A stretch of DNA of 64,000 nt from Barnesiella sp. (GTDB lineage: Bacteria; Bacteroidota; Bacteroidia; Bacteroidales; Barnesiellaceae_A), in NCBI GenBank assembly GCA_045645425.1, contig JAZRIS010000004.1, positions 103,445 to 167,444 on the forward strand, read 5' to 3'. Both the position numbers and the translations under genes were made by a program. This document shows positions 60,645 to 64,000 of this stretch, one piece after another; position 1 is the first letter of the stretch, and every line of letters begins with the position of its first letter. The notes beneath the pieces are model-generated. The model ran no database searches. It saw only the letters and a program-made list of their open reading frames with translations, and was not told the DNA's origin.

Positions 60645-62009
60645 ATGGCACAAAAACCCTCTATACCCAAAGGTACACGCGACTTCTCTCCCGAAGAGAT
60701 GGCCAAGCGCAACTATATTTTCAATACAATCCGTGAAGTATATGCCCTATATGGCTTCAGCCAAATAGAAACCCCCGCAATGGAAACCCTGCAAACATTG
60801 ATGGGCAAATATGGCGAAGAAGGAGATAAACTTCTTTTCAAAGTGCTCAATTCGGGCGACTTCCTTTCGGGCATAGACGACAACGAACTATGCGAGCGCA
60901 ACACCAACCGATTGGCCGCCCGCTTGTGCGAGAAAGGCTTGCGCTATGACCTCACCGTTCCCTTTGCACGCTATGTGGTGATGCACCGCAACGAACTCAC
61001 ATTCCCCTTTAAACGCTACCAGATACAACCCGTATGGCGTGCCGACCGACCCCAAAAAGGACGTTATCGCGAGTTCTATCAATGCGATGGCGATATTATC
61101 GGCTCCGACTCATTGCTCAACGAGGTAGAGTTGCTACACATCATCGACGACGTATTCACCCGACTCAACATCAGAGTAGCCATCAAACTCAACAACCGCA
61201 AGATACTTACCGGTATCGCCGAGATAATAGGTGCTCCCGAGAAGATAATAGATATAACTGTCGCTATCGACAAACTCGACAAAATAGGTCTTGACAAAGT
61301 AAACGAAGAGTTGCGCGACAAGGGCTTGAGCGAAGAGGCTATTGCACAACTGCAACCCATCATCCTGCTCGAAGGCAGCAATGAAAGCAAGTTGAACACC
61401 CTTCGCCAATCATTGGCACAATCGGAGGTAGGCTTGAAAGGTATCGACGAACTCGAATTTATACTTGGCAAGCTCACCAACCAACCGCTCAAGGCTCAAC
61501 TCGATATAGACCTCACATTGGCTCGCGGCCTCAACTACTACACAGGAGCTATTCTTGAGGTGAAGGCACTCGATGTGCAGATAGGCAGTATCACGGGAGG
61601 TGGTCGCTACGACAACCTCACAGGCGTATTCGGAATGCCTAACGTATCGGGTGTAGGTATGTCGTTTGGTGCCGACCGCATTTATGACGTATTGAGCCAA
61701 CTCGATCTCTTCCCCACAACATCAATACAAGCAACACAAGTGATGTTTGTCAATTTTGGCGATAAAGAGAGCGATGTATGTATGCAACACGCCACACTCC
61801 TCCGCTCACATGGTATTCGCACCGAGGTTTTCCCCGAAGCCGCCAAGATGAAGAAACAAATGGGATATGCCGACACACACCATATACCCTACGTTGCACT
61901 TGTAGGAGAGAGCGAAATGGAAGCCAACAAAATAGCACTGAAAAACATGATAACCGGTGAGCAACAACTCGTGACACCACAAGAAGCCATCGACATCATT
62001 AAACAGTAA
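60645..62009 (+). CDS. hisS: histidine--tRNA ligase
   Basis: [19 protein letters not shown]..., [25 protein letters not shown] (class II motif 2) and GGGRYDNL. Confidence 0.93.
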   Translation: MAQKPSIPKGTRDFSPEEMAKRNYIFNTIREVYALYGFSQIETPAMETLQTLMGKYGEEGDKLLFKVLNSGDFLSGIDDNELCERNTNRLAARLCEKGLRYDLTVPFARYVVMHRNELTFPFKRYQIQPVWRADRPQKGRYREFYQCDGDIIGSDSLLNEVELLHIIDDVFTRLNIRVAIKLNNRKILTGIAEIIGAPEKIIDITVAIDKLDKIGLDKVNEELRDKGLSEEAIAQLQPIILLEGSNESKLNTLRQSLAQSEVGLKGIDELEFILGKLTNQPLKAQLDIDLTLARGLNYYTGAILEVKALDVQIGSITGGGRYDNLTGVFGMPNVSGVGMSFGADRIYDVLSQLDLFPTTSIQATQVMFVNFGDKESDVCMQHATLLRSHGIRTEVFPEAAKMKKQMGYADTHHIPYVALVGESEMEANKIALKNMITGEQQLVTPQEAIDIIKQ

Positions 62010-62029
62010 CAGATAATTCTCCACAATAA

Positions 62030-62060
62030 AAATCACCCTCCTGCAAGGGTGATTTTGTTA
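62030..62060 (+). terminator. intrinsic terminator after hisS
   Basis: AAATCACCCT / AGGGTGATTT stem with loop CCTGCA, followed by TTTTGTT. Confidence 0.75.
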
Positions 62061-62078
62061 TACAATAATAGTAAATTT

Positions 62079-64000
62079 ATGAGCAACTACTTTGAAAAAG
62101 GTCTTACCGACGAGCAGGTCATAGCCAATCGCGAACAATATGGCCGCAATGAGCTAACACCCCCTGCCAAGACTCCTTTATGGAAACTTTTTTTAGAAAA
62201 ATTTCATGACCCCATTATTCGCATTCTGCTCATTGCATGGGTGCTGTCGATAGGTGTTGCGGTATATCAAATCACAAGCGGCATTGAAGGATTGGATGCA
62301 CTTCTTGAGCCGACCGGTATTTTGATTGCCATTCTGCTTGCTACCGGCATCGGATTTGCATTTGAGGTAAGCGCCAATCGCAAGTTTGACATTCTCAATC
62401 AAATCGGTGACGAGAGCCTTGTCAAAGTTGTACGCAACGGCAAGATTGCCGAGATACCCAAGAAAGAAGTTGTCGTAGGTGATATAGTTATTATTACCAC
62501 AGGCGACGAAATACCCGCCGACGGAACACTGATAGAATCTATCTCGCTACAAGTCAATGAGTCGAGCCTCACAGGAGAGCCCGTAGCCAACAAATATGCC
62601 GATCGCGAAAAGAACGACCCCCGCGCCACATATCCCACCTATGTCGTGCTCAATGGCAGTACTGTAATGGAAGGGCATGGTGTCATGGAAGTAACACAAG
62701 TAGGCGACGCCACCGAATATGGAAAAGTGTATAAGGGAGCGCAAATAGAGAATGATATACAGACACCGCTCAACATACAATTAGACAAGTTGGCCAAACT
62801 TATTACCAAAATAAGTTACACAATAGCGGCACTTATACTCATCATACGTTGCATCTCATTCTTCACCGGCAACCACCCCACCGACTGGATTGGCATCGGA
62901 CAATATTTCCTCAATACAATCATGATTGCCGTTACCATCATCGTGGTAGCCGTACCCGAAGGACTACCCATGAGCGTAACTTTAAGTCTTGCCTTGAGTA
63001 TGAAGCGAATGTTGGCGGCCAATAATCTCGTGCGCAAGATGCACGCTTGCGAAACAATGGGCGCCACCTCGGTTATATGCACCGACAAAACAGGCACACT
63101 CACTCAAAATCAGATGCAGGTAGAAACTACCCATTTCTTTGCCCTCGACAAGCAAGAGTTGGGCAATGACGCAACAATCGACACCCTCATCAGCGAGAGC
63201 ATTGCGCTCAACACGACAGCTAACCTCAACACCGAGAGCAATGGCCACACAACCGTAATTGGCAATCCCACCGAAGGTGCTCTGCTCCTATGGCTCGCCA
63301 AGCAAGATATACATTACGGCACTCTGCGACACACCATACCGGTTGCCGAGCAACTCACCTTCTCGACCGAGCGCAAATATATGGGCACTGTCATCATGTC
63401 GCCCACGCTCAAAAAACGCATGCTATATGTGAAAGGTGCACCCGAAATAGTATTGAAAAAATGCAATACAATACACACCACACAAGGCATAGTATCCATA
63501 GAGCCTCTCATCAGTAATATCGAGAAAGAATTGCTCGACTACCAAGGCAGAGCTCTTCGCACACTCGCTCTTGCATACGCCGAAGTGGACGAAAACAGTT
63601 GCTTTGACAACGGAGTACTCGCACCTCACATCAAACTCACCCTGCTGGGCATAACAGCCATTGCCGACCCCGTGCGCTCGGATGTACCTCAGGCCATACA
63701 ATCGTGCATAGGTGCAGGCATCGACATAAAAATCATTACCGGCGACACACAAGCCACCGCTCGCGAAATAGGTCGCCAAATAGGATTGTGGCAACCTCAA
63801 GACAGCGACGACAACATCACGACCGGCGATAAGGTAGCAGCCATGAGCGATGAGGAATTGACACAGCGAGTACAGCAGTTGAAAATCATTGCACGAGCAC
63901 GCCCGCTCGACAAAGAACGACTCGTCAAGGCTCTGCAACGCAACGGCGAGGTAGTAGCCGTAACAGGCGACGGTACCAACGATGCACCGGCTCTCAATGC
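62079..64000 (+). CDS. calcium-translocating P-type ATPase (PMCA/SERCA-like), N-terminal ~640 codons; continues beyond the window end
   Basis: Missing from the ORF track because there is no stop in the window. Hand translation from the ATG at 62079 gives MSNYFEKGLTDEQVIANREQYGRNELTPPAKTPLWKLFLEKFHDPIIRILLIAW. In-frame ICTDKTGTLT is present, with the phosphorylated Asp codon at 63084-63086. VTGDGTNDAPAL lies at 63961-63996. Confidence 0.88.
   Translation, partial: MSNYFEKGLTDEQVIANREQYGRNELTPPAKTPLWKLFLEKFHDPIIRILLIAWVLSIGVAVYQITSGIEGLDALLEPTGILIAILLATGIGFAFEVSANRKFDILNQIGDESLVKVVRNGKIAEIPKKEVVVGDIVIITTGDEIPADGTLIESISLQVNESSLTGEPVANKYADREKNDPRATYPTYVVLNGSTVMEGHGVMEVTQVGDATEYGKVYKGAQIENDIQTPLNIQLDKLAKLITKISYTIAALILIIRCISFFTGNHPTDWIGIGQYFLNTIMIAVTIIVVAVPEGLPMSVTLSLALSMKRMLAANNLVRKMHACETMGATSVICTDKTGTLTQNQMQVETTHFFALDKQELGNDATIDTLISESIALNTTANLNTESNGHTTVIGNPTEGALLLWLAKQDIHYGTLRHTIPVAEQLTFSTERKYMGTVIMSPTLKKRMLYVKGAPEIVLKKCNTIHTTQGIVSIEPLISNIEKELLDYQGRALRTLALAYAEVDENSCFDNGVLAPHIKLTLLGITAIADPVRSDVPQAIQSCIGAGIDIKIITGDTQATAREIGRQIGLWQPQDSDDNITTGDKVAAMSDEELTQRVQQLKIIARARPLDKERLVKALQRNGEVVAVTGDGTNDAPALN

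Overview
The window looks like a Bacteroidota (Bacteroidales-type) chromosome segment. Supporting signs are TAnnTTTG -7 promoter boxes, no obvious Shine-Dalgarno sites, T9SS C-terminal sorting domains and the phylum-typical gene order. Layout, left to right: (1) 1-6.6 kb holds a TamB-like gene (truncated by the window edge and absent from the ORF track), a PepSY-like gene, an acyl-ACP thioesterase and a BamA/TamA-family Omp85 gene. (2) 6.8-21.9 kb is a co-directional minus-strand block. A TPR / single-TM / LuxR-HTH regulator is followed by three very large secreted proteins of 1063, 1099 and 2226 aa. All three end in T9SS type-A sorting domains, and the middle one is an M6 (InhA-like) HEFGH metalloprotease. 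(3) 22-32 kb is housekeeping: rnhB, nnr, hpt, adk, rnc-fabF-acpP, a HAD hydrolase, aroB, and convergent tRNA-Pro(GGG) and tRNA-Arg(TCT). (4) 33-51 kb is the complete minus-strand ribosomal super-operon, rpsL-rpsG-fusA-rpsJ through rplQ. It includes the hand-found rpmJ and a re-started infA. (5) 51-64 kb holds an AsnB paralogue with a destroyed PP-loop, a GlmU-like hexapeptide protein, about 400 nt of unusually structured GC-rich non-coding DNA, then methyltransferase-ftsX-DUF3098-uppP-truB-queA, a Zn peptidase, hisS and a truncated Ca-type P-type ATPase (also absent from the ORF track). I saw no CRISPR array, transposase, integrase or phage genes. The two things most worth follow-up are the nested inverted-repeat element at 54.3-54.7 kb and the regulator plus three-cargo T9SS block. 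Function calls rest on my reading of the translated sequences, since no database search was possible.
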